Position numbers and translations under genes: made by a program. From the NCBI GenBank assembly GCA_965153285.1, contig OZ229114.1: 64,000 bases of DNA. The stretch is one strand, 5' to 3'. The notes below the pieces were generated by a model, which worked only from the letters and a program-made list of their open reading frames with translations, was not told the origin of the DNA and made no database searches. Of the stretch, positions 49,398-62,800 are shown piece by piece. Within the stretch, counting starts at the first letter, position 1, and each line of letters opens with the position of its first letter. This DNA is from Podarcis tiliguerta. Its lineage: Eukaryota.

Positions 49398-51772
49398 TAC
49401 AACAATGTAAGAATACAGTACTAAAATTAGTTTGGGGTCCATCTTCGGCATATGACTGAAGAAACTGTTTTCATAAAATATATTCCTTAGAAATATATTA
49501 CAGCTTTTTTAATGGCTTTTGGTGAGCTATAAAAACATTTTTATTTTGCCAAGCCATTAGTCTGGGTTGAATTTCAGTTCCCCTGCCTTTGAGTGGCTTT
49601 AGCTTTCTGTTATCACTTTTGATTATTTTATTGCATTGCATTTTATTGTTAAGATTAGAAGATTCCTTTGGTGTGGGCTGAAAGGTGGGTTGTTGTTATT
49701 CTTTTCAGATAAACAGAATAGTTATTTAAAAGTGAAACGCTAAAAAGCAGGAATATTTGGCGCATTGGTTTTTTTATCTTGAAAATTCATTTTTGCAAAG
49801 GAAGGGAGAGAGCACTTTCCTAATCTGCCACTGGCCTCATCACCTTGGTTGCTCATCCCCATGCATAGCACATAGAGATGGAACTGATAAATTATTCCTG
49901 ACATGGGAACCTGAAAATTATTTTTGAAGCAGTCTGTGAGCTGGGAGGCTGGTTAATAATAGACGCAAGAAGGTTTCATGTAAGTCAGGCTACAGTGGCT
50001 ATCTTTATTCATGCTTTAAATATAGTCAGAAAACAATTTATTTTTAATTTTCGCTGCAGTTTGGAATGGGGTATTATGCTACTGCCAGAAGAGGCTACTG
50101 TTATTTTTTGGCTACCCTGACACTTTGTTTCTCAGGATTCTTGAGCTGGTTTGTCTGCTTTTGAGTACTAACAGACATTGAGGTTATGTGAGGCTTGAGG
50201 TGGTTTAACATTAGAATATATGGAAACAATATGTAGTTGTCTCTGTAACTCTGTCCCTTCTGAAAGCTACACTGTCTCCAGACTGTCACTATTCTTTGGG
50301 TATCATTTAATTGTTTGCCAGCAATTTTAGAGTATGCAGTTAAAGTGGATTTGGCACTCTGGTATGACAAGTCAGCTTCCCCATCCCTTCTCCAAAATGG
50401 AACTTCTGGGGTTGGGGAAATGAAAGGAAAACTTGCTGGAAAGTCTGAGATAATGGTGGTGCCAGGTGATATCATATAACCTCTGTTACCAATGCTCAAT
50501 AAAAAGCAACATCGTATGACCTCTGTGCAAATTTTTTTTTTGGGGGGGGGGGACTAGATGAATGCTCTGCAAACAGGAAGAGCTCATAGATTCTAGATGG
50601 CATGCAATATGACACAAAGAAGGAAAAAACAGCTCATTTAAATTGCCCTTTTAAAATTGCTCTTTTGTCTTGCTTGCTTGTTTTATGGTGACTGCTCAAA
50701 GCCATTTCTGTTATTGCTCTGCAGGCCCACCTGCCCCTTCGCCAGTCTGGATCAAGTCTGGTGCAGGGCAGTAGAATTCTAGTTGCTTGTCTGCCCATCC
50801 CTCAACATTTGACATATGTAAAATAGGAAATACATGCATAGAGGGAGTGATCCAAGCACTGTCTCAAGGTACATGATGCAGTTTTACTGGTGAAGCTGCC
50901 TGGACAGTAGGCTGCTTGGAAGCCATAGATCAGCACTGCGTTTAGGTTCTCCTGCACAGGATGCTGAGCTGAGGTGGCGCAAAATAATAATGAATAAAAA
51001 ATGATTTATTGGGGGCCCCAAATTTGTCCTCGCTCAAGACGCCCTATTACCAAAGCCCTTCCCTGCACGAGATATAAGTAAGCCACTTTAAGGAACAGAA
51101 AGGTATAAATATTCCATGGGCAAAATATATAGCCCTGGTGGTGTGCACACAATCTCCTCCATTCCACCCCTGGTTTTGAGGGACGAGAATCGGATCACAC
51201 TTTATCAAGTGCATGTACCATTTCAATGGGACGCAGGTGGGGCCTGAATCCACAGCCACAATATTGAATATACCCAGTTTGTCTAGAGTTGTCAATATGT
51301 ATTCTGTGTTTAGTGCAGAGATTGTTACTGGGATCCCCATTGAGATGCCATGGATAACATACTTGTTTACATCGTTCTTTCAAATCACTGTTCCCTCTGA
51401 GCTCATTTTGTTGCATAGTGGTCAAGAGTGTCAATCTAGGACTGGGGAGATGCAGGTTCAAATCTCCAGTCAACCCCGAAAGTGACCTAGAATAAAATAA
51501 GGTGATAGACCAAGGCAGGATATAACTGTAATAAATAAACAAAATGGGCACTACCATGAGCTAGGCTGCTATGTCCTACATAAACAAGGTTTGTAAAGTA
51601 ATTAAAGTGATTGGTGTGTGTGGGTGAGAGAGAGAGAGAGAGAGAATGATTGTGGGTGTTGTAAGTGCTAATAAAAGGTCGATTTTATTTCTCAGTTGTG
51701 ATATACCACAGGAAATACTTGACTTTGTTCTCTCTGCTGAGTTAATATTTCTTCTCTTTCATCTCTTTGAAG

Positions 51773-51879
51773 CATCTGACGTTTCCAAGAGAATTTGACT
51801 CTGATTCGCTCAGGCACTATAGCTGGGCCGCAGACACCTTGGACAATGTCAATCTTGTCTCCAGCCCCATCCATTCTGG
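51773..51879 (+). CDS. ANK3: ANK3 exon preceding ZU5-1 (107 nt)
   Basis: ttgaag|CAT...TCT GG|gtgagt; HLTFPREFDSDSLRHYSWAADTLDNVNLVSSPIHSG; phase 0-2. Confidence 0.96.
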
Positions 51880-53113
51880 GTGAGTTACCTGAAGGATTTC
51901 TCTGATGTCATTATGTATGAAACGAAGCAATAGTTGGGGGGTAGACGGGAAATAGCCCCGGTGAAACTTCCATTTCTGTTTTCCACAAAGCCAGGGACTC
52001 GAGTGTAAGCATCATCGGAACAACAACCAACCACACCAATGCATGCTATGTTTTAAAGTTACATGGTTGCACTTGGGCAGAAAAACTCTATAATACCATG
52101 GATAAATTAATAGGAAAAATAGTGTTACCTACTTTGCCACTCCGGAAATATAAAAACATTTCTTTTAACATTTCTGTTTTGGCTTGTTTAACTGCAGTTC
52201 TCTTCTGCAGGGTTTGCTGTGGGAAAGGGGTTTGGGAAAAGTCCCAGTGCATCTTTGGGTCCCACCCAATGTATGCTGGTTATTTCTAATTTATTTGGAG
52301 GCTGTGGAGCGGTTCTCTTTAAGAAAACAGAGTAGAACTTAGCCCTTACTATTTTGTCAGATTCCATCTAATCTATTTTCAGTTGGTCAAACCATATGTG
52401 TGGCACATTTACATATGAAAAGCAAGGTGCATTTAATACCAGGGCAAATAAATGCTTGTAATGAATGACAGTGGGTGCAATCCAGAGAAATACTGTGCCC
52501 AGTTAATGTTCGAGTTATCTAGATTTCAGTCAAGCCTTTTAAAATCAGAATTAACTTGTTTTGAATTGCCCAGAATGTTGCAAAGTTCATTACATCAAAA
52601 CCATGAATAAATTTAACAAATGTTAATAAACCTCTCTCTGTCTTTTAAAAAGGTTATTTTTAAATGTTTAGATTGAGTTAGTATAATTTCAGTGTGTCTC
52701 ATTTCCCCTTCCATTCAGAAACATTGAAGAATGTAGTTGTTATAATAATAAACAACAAACATTACATAAAAATGAACATATAACAAAAACCAAAAAACAG
52801 AGAGCAGAGAGGCACAAGTCATTGTTTTAGCGGCTTACACAGCAATGTTTAAGTCTTAAGTTCTGTACTATATTAGCATTTGTTTTTCTCTAGAATTCAT
52901 GTCTATAGTGCACAAATAAGAATAAGCGAACAGTATGAACTCATGGAGCCCATCAGTGGTAGGGTGTAAATAATGTAAGGATCAGTTTTGAAATGCCCAC
53001 AAAGGATATTTCCTTTATTTAAAAAATGATAAAAATACAAATACAGCATATTTGTGTTTTATAATACTACAGATGGAAAGGGGGAGGGAAATCACTCAAA
53101 GTGAGCAATTGTA

Positions 53114-53355
53114 CAGTGGTACCTCAGGTTACATACGCTTCAGGTTACAGACGCTTCAGGTTACAGACTCTGCTAACCCAGAAATATTACCTTGGGTTGA
53201 GAACTTTGCTTCAGGATGAGAAGATAAATCGTGCAGCGGCGGCGCAGCAGCAGCAGGAGGCCCCATTAGCTAAAGTGGTGCTTCAGGTTAAGAACAGTTT
53301 CAGGTTAAGTACGGACCTCAGGAACGAATTAAGTACTTAACCCAAGGTACCACTG
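53114..53355. mobile_element. Tc1/mariner (Tigger/pogo-like) MITE
   Basis: TA-CAGTGGTACCTCAGGTTA ... TAACCCAAGGTACCACTG-TA. Confidence 0.9.
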
Positions 53356-54058
53356 TACATAATTCATTGTGAACTTTCCTTTGTTTTTATTATCAGCATT
53401 CCGTTTTAGCCCAGGTGACAAACTTTAAATCAGTGTATTCCAATAGAATAAAATATATTGGTCTACGAAACCTCAACACACTTCTGTTTTATTTAAGTTT
53501 GTGGAGGTGGAGAGCGTCCCCAACAGAAAATACATTCAAAATATGATCACAGTATTGTGGGTGACATTCATATTCTTAGCTGACACACCCTGTAGCCTAT
53601 TAAAATAGATAGCATGCAATTGCATTTGAATGACTGCAGCTCATGTTACCCTTGCAAGTGAGGGAGATGCTTCAAAGAGGTGTTGACTCCTTCTACTTGA
53701 AGCTTTAAAGGTTAACTAGGAAACATGCAGATTCGTTGAAACACCACCAAATTCTCAAAAATGTAGATCCTGGGAAATTACAGGAATTGGGAATTGGGGG
53801 AGATGTGGCAATAAGCAAATTCATGAAAGTGGTATTGCTGTTCCTTCACAATGGAAGACTTTATATATAATGTCATAATTTCTAACTTTGATAAACTGTT
53901 AACAGGTCTTAATTACCCATCTCCTTGCTGCAAATTGAAGCTACTGTGTTACCTAGACACATCACAGGCCACTATAGCAAATTTGGCTGCCATTGCAGGC
54001 CCTTTCACAATCACCCTACCCAGAATGCCTTGCTCCAAGTGCAGGAAACACACACACA

Positions 54059-54503
54059 CAGTGGTACCTGGGTTCTCAAACTTTATCTGTTACGGAAGTA
54101 TGTTCCACAACCAAAGCATTCTAAAACCAAGGCATGCTTACCCATAGAAAGTAATGCAAAATGGATTAATCTGTTCCAGGCTTTTAAAAACAACCCCTAA
54201 ACCAGCAATTTTAACATGAATTTTGCTATCTAACGAGACCATTGATCCATAAAATGAAAGCAATAATCAATGTACTGTACTATAAAATGATGATAAATTT
54301 TTTTAAAAAAATATTCTTACCTGCACTGATGATAGTCACTGTTAGGATGGGGGCCTTTTATCCATTTCCACAGGCACACAGTCAATCAGTCAGTAGCTGA
54401 TCTGCGTTCCACACAGTCACAAAAACAAATTAACTGAGAAAGCCTCAAAATCAAAACCGCAAAATAAATAGCAAAAACAAAAGCACCAAACTTAATCCAT
54501 TCC
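54059..54503. mobile_element. Longer Tigger-like non-autonomous element, one end truncated
   Basis: Starts CAGTGGTACCTGGGTT, the same TIR as the MITEs above; no matching right TIR seen. Confidence 0.6.
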
Positions 54504-56254
54504 ATCATCATTATTATGATTTACATTACTATCTTGGTCTCCCTTTAAGGAGCTAAGAAAAAACCTACCCTTCTATCCTCCCAACATCCATACAGGAGAG
54601 GGTAGGCTGGGAGATAGCAGTTGGTCACAAGATCCCCATGTGAGCTTTCCACTAGGAGATGCCATTCCATTTCCTTGTTGCATGCTGAATTTACCCAGTT
54701 CACAAAAATGTGTCATGGGCACTCTGCTTGGGCCATTTTGCTTAATTCCACCTCTGCCCCAGATATTCACAACCTACAGAAAAGTAAAGTAGCAATACAC
54801 AAGTGTTAGTACTAAAAGGCCAATGCCGTGAAACATTCAGCTTTCCGGCATGTAATATGTACTCTTGAAATTATTATTTTTTACTATTTTAGTTTTTTAA
54901 AGTAGACCTAACTGCTCTAGTAATGATAGAAGAATTAGAAAGGTTAGGTCTAAAATTGTCCTTTATTACATTACATTCTAATATCCACAATATTTGGGAA
55001 ATGTGACGTTGAGCTTCTGACACATGATCAAGACCAGCTTTATTGATTAACTGAAAACCGGCTGCCGTATTCTGGCACAACAGTGGCTTTCCCCCATGCC
55101 TGCTAACATAAGTCCCAGGTCCCTGCTTGTCTACATCCCCAGTTTGTGGTAGGCGGAGAGAGACCGAGTCTGTTCTGTCGGGCATGGAGCCAGCACTGAT
55201 AGTATGTTGGAAGCAGCATGAGCGCAGTGCTCTGCTGCAGGAGCCAATCAGCAGCACCAACTTGCTCCCAGGGGGAGGGGCCAGGGATTGGGCCAGAAAG
55301 CGAACTTTCTCTCTGTGGTCTGCTCCCAGGGCATAAATTGGAGGCTTGGCTTGTGGCTTCAACAATACTATCACTGACTTTCCACCCTGCCCTCCCTCAA
55401 ATCTGGGCATCCGTTTGCTGTGTGGCTGGGAAGGGATTTTACCTAGGCACCCCAGTTCAGCTCTGCATTACATTGCAGGGTTTTTGCCTTCCCCCCAGCA
55501 ACTTTCCTTGTGCTCCATTCTTTTGACATTTGTCACAACTAACAATTGGAGCTGCATGAGGAATTGAGCCGGACCCAAGCAAGCATTAGCAGAGGTGGAT
55601 ATGTTGCTGTCCCAGTGTGTGATCCCCTTAAGGTGTGTTGAGGTGTCACCAGAAGAGCTTAGCCCCAAATTGTGAAGAGGGGAGGCGGGACTGTTATGGC
55701 TGCTACGCTTCAGGTTGGTTGATGGAGCCACATTATCCATTCATACCATGGTGGGACTGCTAGTTATGCAGCTCCCGTCAAGGTGTTCCTGCTAATCAGG
55801 CTGGGAAGGTGACACTGGCCAGCAATGAGGCTGCTCAATGAAAGGATCCTGCTCACTGTCACACCAGACTCTGTTTGCTGTAGCCAATCAAGTGGTGACG
55901 AGTTATCCCCATTGCAGCCTACATATTGTTACTCAGTCGTGCATCCTAATGGTGCTGCGTCCGCCATCCTGTTTTCTTAAAAGGTGTGCATTACCTTTGC
56001 CGGCACAATTACTAATTAGAATACTTGCTTTTATACATACTAAGTGGTGTTGGCCCTCTTTGGCAAATATTTAAAATGCAATTAAATGCATATTTTATAT
56101 TACAGAACATGCACGTTTTCCCTGCTCTGATCAAACTGAAAAGCTTTGCTTTTGTTATTATTTTGCCTTTGCTTATGATCGACATTTTCTGTTGCTGGCT
56201 TCTAATTATCTCACATTAATTTTTTTCCAATTTGCTTTCTAAATTATTTTGCAG

Positions 56255-56287
56255 CTATTCCTCTCCACTCCCCCAGTATGATTCAAG
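56255..56287 (+). CDS. ANK3: ANK3 33-nt microexon (YSSPLPQYDS)
   Basis: ttgcag|C TAT TCC TCT CCA CTC CCC CAG TAT GAT TCA AG|gtgacg; 109-nt AG-free U-rich tract upstream; phase 2-2; resembles an SSPLPQYDS insert I recall from vertebrate ANK3 isoforms. Confidence 0.85.
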
Positions 56288-58897
56288 GTGACGACACTGT
56301 CTGTGACTCCTTGTTTTGCTTCTATATATGTTTATTTATTTATTTATTTTCTCCACAGTTGAAATGTGCCTAGATGGTTTTTAGTGCATCTGATTTCCCA
56401 GCCCTTTCTACCTTTTATTGTAGACATCCCACTTCTTTGTTTGTTTGTTTGTGTAGTTTTTAGCGGTTGTCCTGTAGCTCACGTCATTTACCTGGCAATA
56501 ATTTAGACGATCATCAACTACTAATTGTGTTCTTACAGACTGTGCATGATGTGCTCAAAAACATAATGGATAGTAATGTGTAAACTAGTGCGGGGGGAAG
56601 AGTAGAGTTTTATCGGCAGGTGAGTTTGGACAAAATATTTAGAAGCAGCATTTTTAAAGGACAAGAAACACTGGTTGAATTTGCCACTGATGTACCGCAG
56701 GAGAGTACCATGGCACATTAGTTGTATTCACAGGGTGGGCAAACTGTAGAATCTGCAGGTGGCTGGGCAGCAATATTGCTGAATCAAATCTGCTCATGTT
56801 AGAATAGTGCCATCCTGGATTTTGTTGGTCCAAGTAGAGCAGTGTTCTTCAACCTTGGGTTCCTAGATGTTGTTGGAAATTTCGTTTGAGGATGCACTGC
56901 TCATAGCAGGTGATGCCCAATGGGCCTTGCCCGTGCCCTGAGCGAATTATATATTATTTATTTATTTCACACACACACACACACACACACGCCGCTTGAT
57001 TGTAAAAACAACTACCTCAAAGCGGTTTATGAAGGGAACAAAGCAATAAAATTATCAGTTAAAATAATAGTTAAAAACAACTTTTTAAAACATCCAAAAA
57101 TAAAATGAAATTGGGAATAAACTAAAAACAGGTTAGCAATGAACTGAAAACAGATTAATTAGGTGTGTGCTGAATTGAATATACCCCAGAACCCTCTGGA
57201 ATTCATGGCAGATGACTGAGGGCTTCCTCAGCAGACAGATCAATGGAAAAAGAATTCCCAGAAGGCATTAAGTTTGAAAAACACTGGTCTAAAGAGTGAA
57301 TTGTATCAGTGACTCCTGAAGAGCTGTCTACTGAAACAAGTAGGACACATGTCCCACTGTCACACCTAGCCCCGGACAGGGCACTGGAAATTAATTACAT
57401 TTGTTGTGCCTGTCTGTATTTGGACCTGTAGGACAGGACAGCGGAATATCTGACATTTCATATGTCTCCCACATATAGGACAGATGATGGTAAAATTGGC
57501 AGAAAAATCTAGGTTTAGTAGCACCTCATATCCCCCATAGTTGGGCTTGCATATCTCCTGTTGTTTGAAAAAAACCATGCACTGTGCATCTCCATGACTT
57601 GTCAGCATTTTGTGGCATGAGCCCAATAAAAAGATAGTGGCTTGGCACCAGACTGAATTAATTGAATGTAGCTCCTGTTGAAATCACTACTTAAGCTCCA
57701 TTGATTTTAATGGGAATTAAGTTCAACTAACTTAACCTGGATCCAGCTCATTCCCTAAAATGTGTAGTAGCATTTTCATGTCACTATGATGAAATCACCA
57801 TGAATAGTTTACATCCTTATTTAATTGAACCATTGTTAGGCCATTGTATCCCAAAAATGGAACTGTGATTTACAGGGCAATCTTATACACATCTATTCAA
57901 GTCCCATCAACTTCAATGTCTGTAAAAGATTGCATCTTTAATGCCAATTTACTAAGCAGGATCTTAAACACCTGCTTGAAGATGGTTTAAGATTCTGGTT
58001 AATAAAGTGAAAATAAAGCATGGTTCCCTATTTTGCATGTAATCTAACTGTGGTTCTGTTAAAAGAGAATGTAAACACCAAGAAAGGGAGAGGTGAAGAG
58101 GGAGTGTGTCATCCTGTTGCTGATATCCAGCTGCTAAAGAAAATTAGATTTTTTTTTACCAAAGCCATTTTGTGAAACTGCCCCTTCGTGTTTAATTCTG
58201 TGCTTTAAAGACATAGAAAATCTCAGTAGTAGAACAATGGGTTTGCAGAAACAAAATAAGTAGCTATCATAATACTGAGCAGTTCTGTTGTGCATGTCCG
58301 ACTCTTTGAAAGAAACACAGGATGTTTGCAGCAGGCTGTCTAATGGTGCCATGTAGCCAATTAGTGCATGAATAATACACTAATATTTTCATAATAGTAG
58401 ATGAAGACACAGTTAACCCTAGTAGTTTGGACTTTGACACTGTATTCAACAAAGAAGTTTTGACTAAATGTTTGTCTTGCTAGTAAAATAGTAGAACTTC
58501 ATGCATATGGTCATTCTAAGAATTACTGTCATACCTTCTGCTAGGAAGGTGAGTATTCACACAAGCCTATGTTGCGTCTATTCAAAAGTAAGCCATCAAG
58601 TTCAGTGAGACTTATTCCCAGGTTAGTGGATATACTACATTTACTTGAGAATAAATCCCATTGAACAAAGTGTGACTTACTTCTGAGTAGACATTCTGAG
58701 GCTTCTGCTGATGTCCACTTCCTTAGCACAAGGTACAAGGGTATTTATCAGTTGACATGTATAGGAATGTTGTTGTGTTGTTTTTTTATTTTACGTGATC
58801 TTCTTTCTCATTGGTTTCATTTTAGTCAACATTCGTGCTCATACTTCTTTTTTGAACTACCTGATGACACTTTCTTTCTGTCTTTTTTCTCCTGCAG

Positions 58898-59122
58898 TTT
58901 TCTGGTTAGTTTTATGGTTGATGCACGCGGGGGTTCAATGAGGGGCAGCCGTCATCATGGCATGAGGATTATTATTCCACCACGTAAATGCACAGCGCCC
59001 ACTCGCATCACCTGCCGCTTGGTAAAGAGGCACAAACTGGCCAGCCCTCCACCAATGGTTGAAGGAGAAGGATTGGCTAGTAGACTGGTAGAAATGGGGC
59101 CTTCCGGAGCACAATTTTTAGG
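58898..59122 (+). CDS. ANK3: ANK3 exon, ZU5-1 (spectrin-binding) N-terminal part (225 nt)
   Basis: ctgcag|T TTT...TTA GG|gtgagt; [75 protein letters not shown], includes the DAR spectrin-binding motif. Confidence 0.98.
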
Positions 59123-59797
59123 GTGAGTTGTTCTGTGAATCGTATTATTGGCTGCCATTTTGCATCTATAGTTTTGCTTTCCTTTACCATATGGATCTAA
59201 GTTGTTGGGTCTTTTAAAATTGAAATAACTTGAGGATTGGAGGTAGGCTTCCACTCCTTTTGCTAGGTAAGCACAGGACTGTAATTTTATCGTAGGCCAA
59301 ATTCTCTATGAATAATTTTTCCTATGGTAATATGTTATGTTTAAGGGATGGGGGGGGGGACCCAAAACCTTCTCTCTTATTCTTGATTCATGCAGCTATA
59401 CAAAGGCAGGATGTTGGGAGCACTGCTGAATTATATGCCCAGCACCCAGTGATTATGGAATGCCACTGATTTCTAAAGGAGTACTCTGTACAAACTATCC
59501 GCTCATCCTCGAGAGCTGCAAACATTTACCAAGAGAAGAATGTGCAGCTGAATGTGAATTTTGTAGCAGCTACTCTGAGCCGTATACTAACACAAATGCC
59601 AACAGCAGACTTTTTCTTTTCCAAAGCTAACATTAGGGGAAACAATCCACTATGATATGGGAGTACATAAATTTATATATGATGATAAATTTTGTTCATT
59701 ACCATACATGGTCCCCAGTAGAAAGTTCTGTCGGGAATGACAGTTTGTTCCTAATTTCCCCTCTTGTTTTTCTTCCTGCTGCATGGATGTTATTCAG

Positions 59798-59896
59798 TAA
59801 ACTGCACCTTCCTACCAATCCTCCCCCTCTAAATGAGGGTGAGAGCATGGTTAGCCGAATCCTGCAGCTTGGGCCTCAAGGAACAAAATTTATTGG
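59798..59896 (+). CDS. ANK3: ANK3 99-nt cassette exon duplicating the end of the ZU5-1 exon
   Basis: attcag|T AAA...ATT GG|gtagga; KLHLPTNPPPLNEGESMVSRILQLGPQGTKFIG; phase 2-2; homologous to the 33-aa insert of ANK2. Confidence 0.88.
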
Positions 59897-62800
59897 GTAG
59901 GATGTTTCTAAGAAAAGATATCAAATGTCTACAGTTCTTTTCTTTCCTTTTTATTTAATTCCTTTTTGTTCTGACTTGCTTTTTTTGTTTTGTGTTTTGG
60001 TCATTCCCATTATTTAATTTTTTTATTTTTTGGTTCACAACAACAACAAAAGCTTTCAGCTGATTAACCGTCACTGAAAGAAAAAAATCATAGTGGCTTG
60101 ATTTTATTCTAGCACTGCTCCTGTAATTGATCTTGTGCTTCTAGGCATGTGGAATTCACGGCAAGCATTTCTGCTTTCATAACTTTGTGCTTTTTTCCTA
60201 TGTTTTAACCAATTTTGACTGTTTCAGCTGCATTGACTACACCTTTTAAAAAGCACTACAGCGACACCACACACATGGTCCTGTTTTAGTTCTGTTGGTA
60301 GAGAAGGTATTTGCATGGTTTTGGAGCCAGCTTATGGCACAAATAAACAGCTTTGCCAAATTTGGACCAACAAGGAAGTATTTGTAAGACAGGGGTGGTT
60401 AAATATAAGCTTAAGACAGTGGTGTTCAAACTGTCTCCTGCAGGACCCTGGGATTTTATCACAATAAGAAGATCAGTAATGATGGCCAGGCATTCCTAAA
60501 AATACGAGTTCCTCTATTACCGACCTTCCCCAACATTGTGCAACCAAGTGGGAATGTTCCAATGTGTAAACTCAGCTCATGTGAGGCAGTAACAAGGTCT
60601 TAACATATCACTTACAGCATATGAGAGGGGATCTTACAATGTGCCACAGAACCACCCCTAATATCCTGAGCTTCCATAGCAGATAAAGTTATGTTTTCTT
60701 GAGAGTGGGAAGTCCATCTCCCTTGCCATCTGCTACTGACTCAAAAGGAAGTTCAAAAAACACATTCCTAGAAATTCTACCTGTATCTGAAGTCTGTGAT
60801 GTTTAATGTAGAATGTTATTCTGAATTCTGTGTTCAGCACATTCTCAAGGGCCCTATGAATGGCCTGAGAACATCTGAGGCCATAACATTATTGAAGCTG
60901 GGGAAAGTTTCCAGGGGGTTGCAAGATATAAGTATAATTAATATATACCAAAATCTTCATGTGCTTGAGTACTCACAATAGATACTCATTCTTTACCTTT
61001 AACTCTGGGCCAAACTAGACACAATCATAATCATGCAAATAGCAGTTGCTGGTGATTGTTGTTTTTATATAAAAATAAATACTTAAGCACCCTGATGGGC
61101 GGGAGGTAGATCCAGATCATCAGCACAGTGGGGAAAAATATTTTTACCTCTTTGCCTCCATTGTGGTCTCAACAGGATTGTTACTCCTGCACAGCTGCTA
61201 TTTGCAATGGGAGGAAACTCCCAGTTGCATGATAAACATCACTTCTAGTTTAGCTCTTTGTTTTCAGACAACTGTAGCTCATCACTTGCAAGACTCACTT
61301 AAGAAGCATGAAAAGTCTGCCTAAACACTAAGAACTTAGAATTTGATCTAATTCCCCATCCCGCTATGGCCCAAATGTATGGGTGGGTGACTGATTGCTT
61401 GAGTCATGATGTACTCAGAGTGTGCCAATGCACTGAGAATGCCACTAACTCTCTGTATGCATCTTGAAATGCCCAGGAGTGACAGTTTGGCCACCCCTGT
61501 GACCAAAGTTCTGTCTTGTTCAATAAAATTCAGTAAATGATCTGGTTGAATAAGATTGGTGAAAATGTTAACCCTTCTAAAACTGAATTATATTTCAGGT
61601 TTGAAAACAAAGTATGAATTTTGTATTTACAATTATTAGAAAACTGTGATATTCATATTTAAAATCTCGGGAAGATTTGACTATTTTGACTGCCTGCCTT
61701 CAGAGGTTGTGAGGTTCTAACGTAGCATGTTGTTCCAAGTCCTGTGTTCAATACCTGTCTAATACCTTCTCTGTGAGTATTGTTTATGTTCATGCACAAA
61801 ACTGTGTGCGTCTTATACAGAGAGACAGTATCTGACATATTCGCCTGCAAAGATTGTATTCATAGGATAGTTTTCAATGGGCTTAAACATTTTCTGTTTT
61901 GCAAGGCCTGCACAAACATTAGGTAAACAAGTGGAACTGCTATCATCCATCTCTTGTTGAGATGATAGAACCAATAACCAAATGCAACACTAGAATATTT
62001 GGCGCTTCACAAAAATAAATCCACAATCTGTCAGAAACGGAGCACTTTTTCATCCCATTGGGGTGATTTAAACAATGGCTTAATGCACCCATTGAAATCA
62101 ATGAGATGTAAAAGTAATTAGCTGGGTCATACCCTAAATTGCCTTAAAAAAATACTGCTATTACCGTTTCTGATTCTCCCTTGTAAAAGAATAAAGTGTA
62201 ACAGCTGAAGAAAGTCTCAGCTAGTCCTGCTGCTACTCTTTGATGTTTATGCAGAATGGTGAGGTGTTCTCTCTCTATATATATACATATGAGCAGAGCT
62301 AAGTACAACCTCTGTGGGAAATTAATGATACTGTCTGTTTAAATGTCTTAAGGCTGCATAATCCATAACTGCTCGTGTTTCTCTGATGGAATACTTCAAA
62401 GGCTTTCCTTGCCCATGAGCAAAGATTTCTATTTTATTAAAAAAAGAAAAAAAGGCACGGAAAACAACCTGTTCGTTTATTACACTGGCCACTTAATTAT
62501 GCTCTTGTAATCTTTGGTTGAAGGCACACAGTCAGGTAACACTAGGTGTATTATTTAAACAGGGGTGCAAATGGATCCGACCAGCAACCCAAGATAAATA
62601 CAGCTACATAAGATCATGGTTCTGTCAGAGGCCTACACAACTTTTTACCCACCAAGCTGAGCACAGCTCACCAGATATGTATGGTTGACCATCAGAGGCT
62701 GAATAAATCTCTTTCTGTTGTTAACATGGAGGCGGGTAGGAGGGATTGCAAGCCCTTCACCACAAATACGTGTGTTTGGTTTTAAAAGGTCAGAGGTTGT

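Noticed and set aside
50725-50760. Possible 36-nt phase-0 cassette exon (AHLPLRQSGSSL) after ctctgcag
   Set aside because: The donor (CTG|GTGCAG) is weak and there is no supporting homology.
1-59896. Assignment to ANK1 or ANK2
   Set aside because: Linker peptides (VRKANAPE, GEDAMTGDTDKYLGPQDLKELGDDSLPAEGYMG, REFDSDSLRHYSW) are ANK3-specific.
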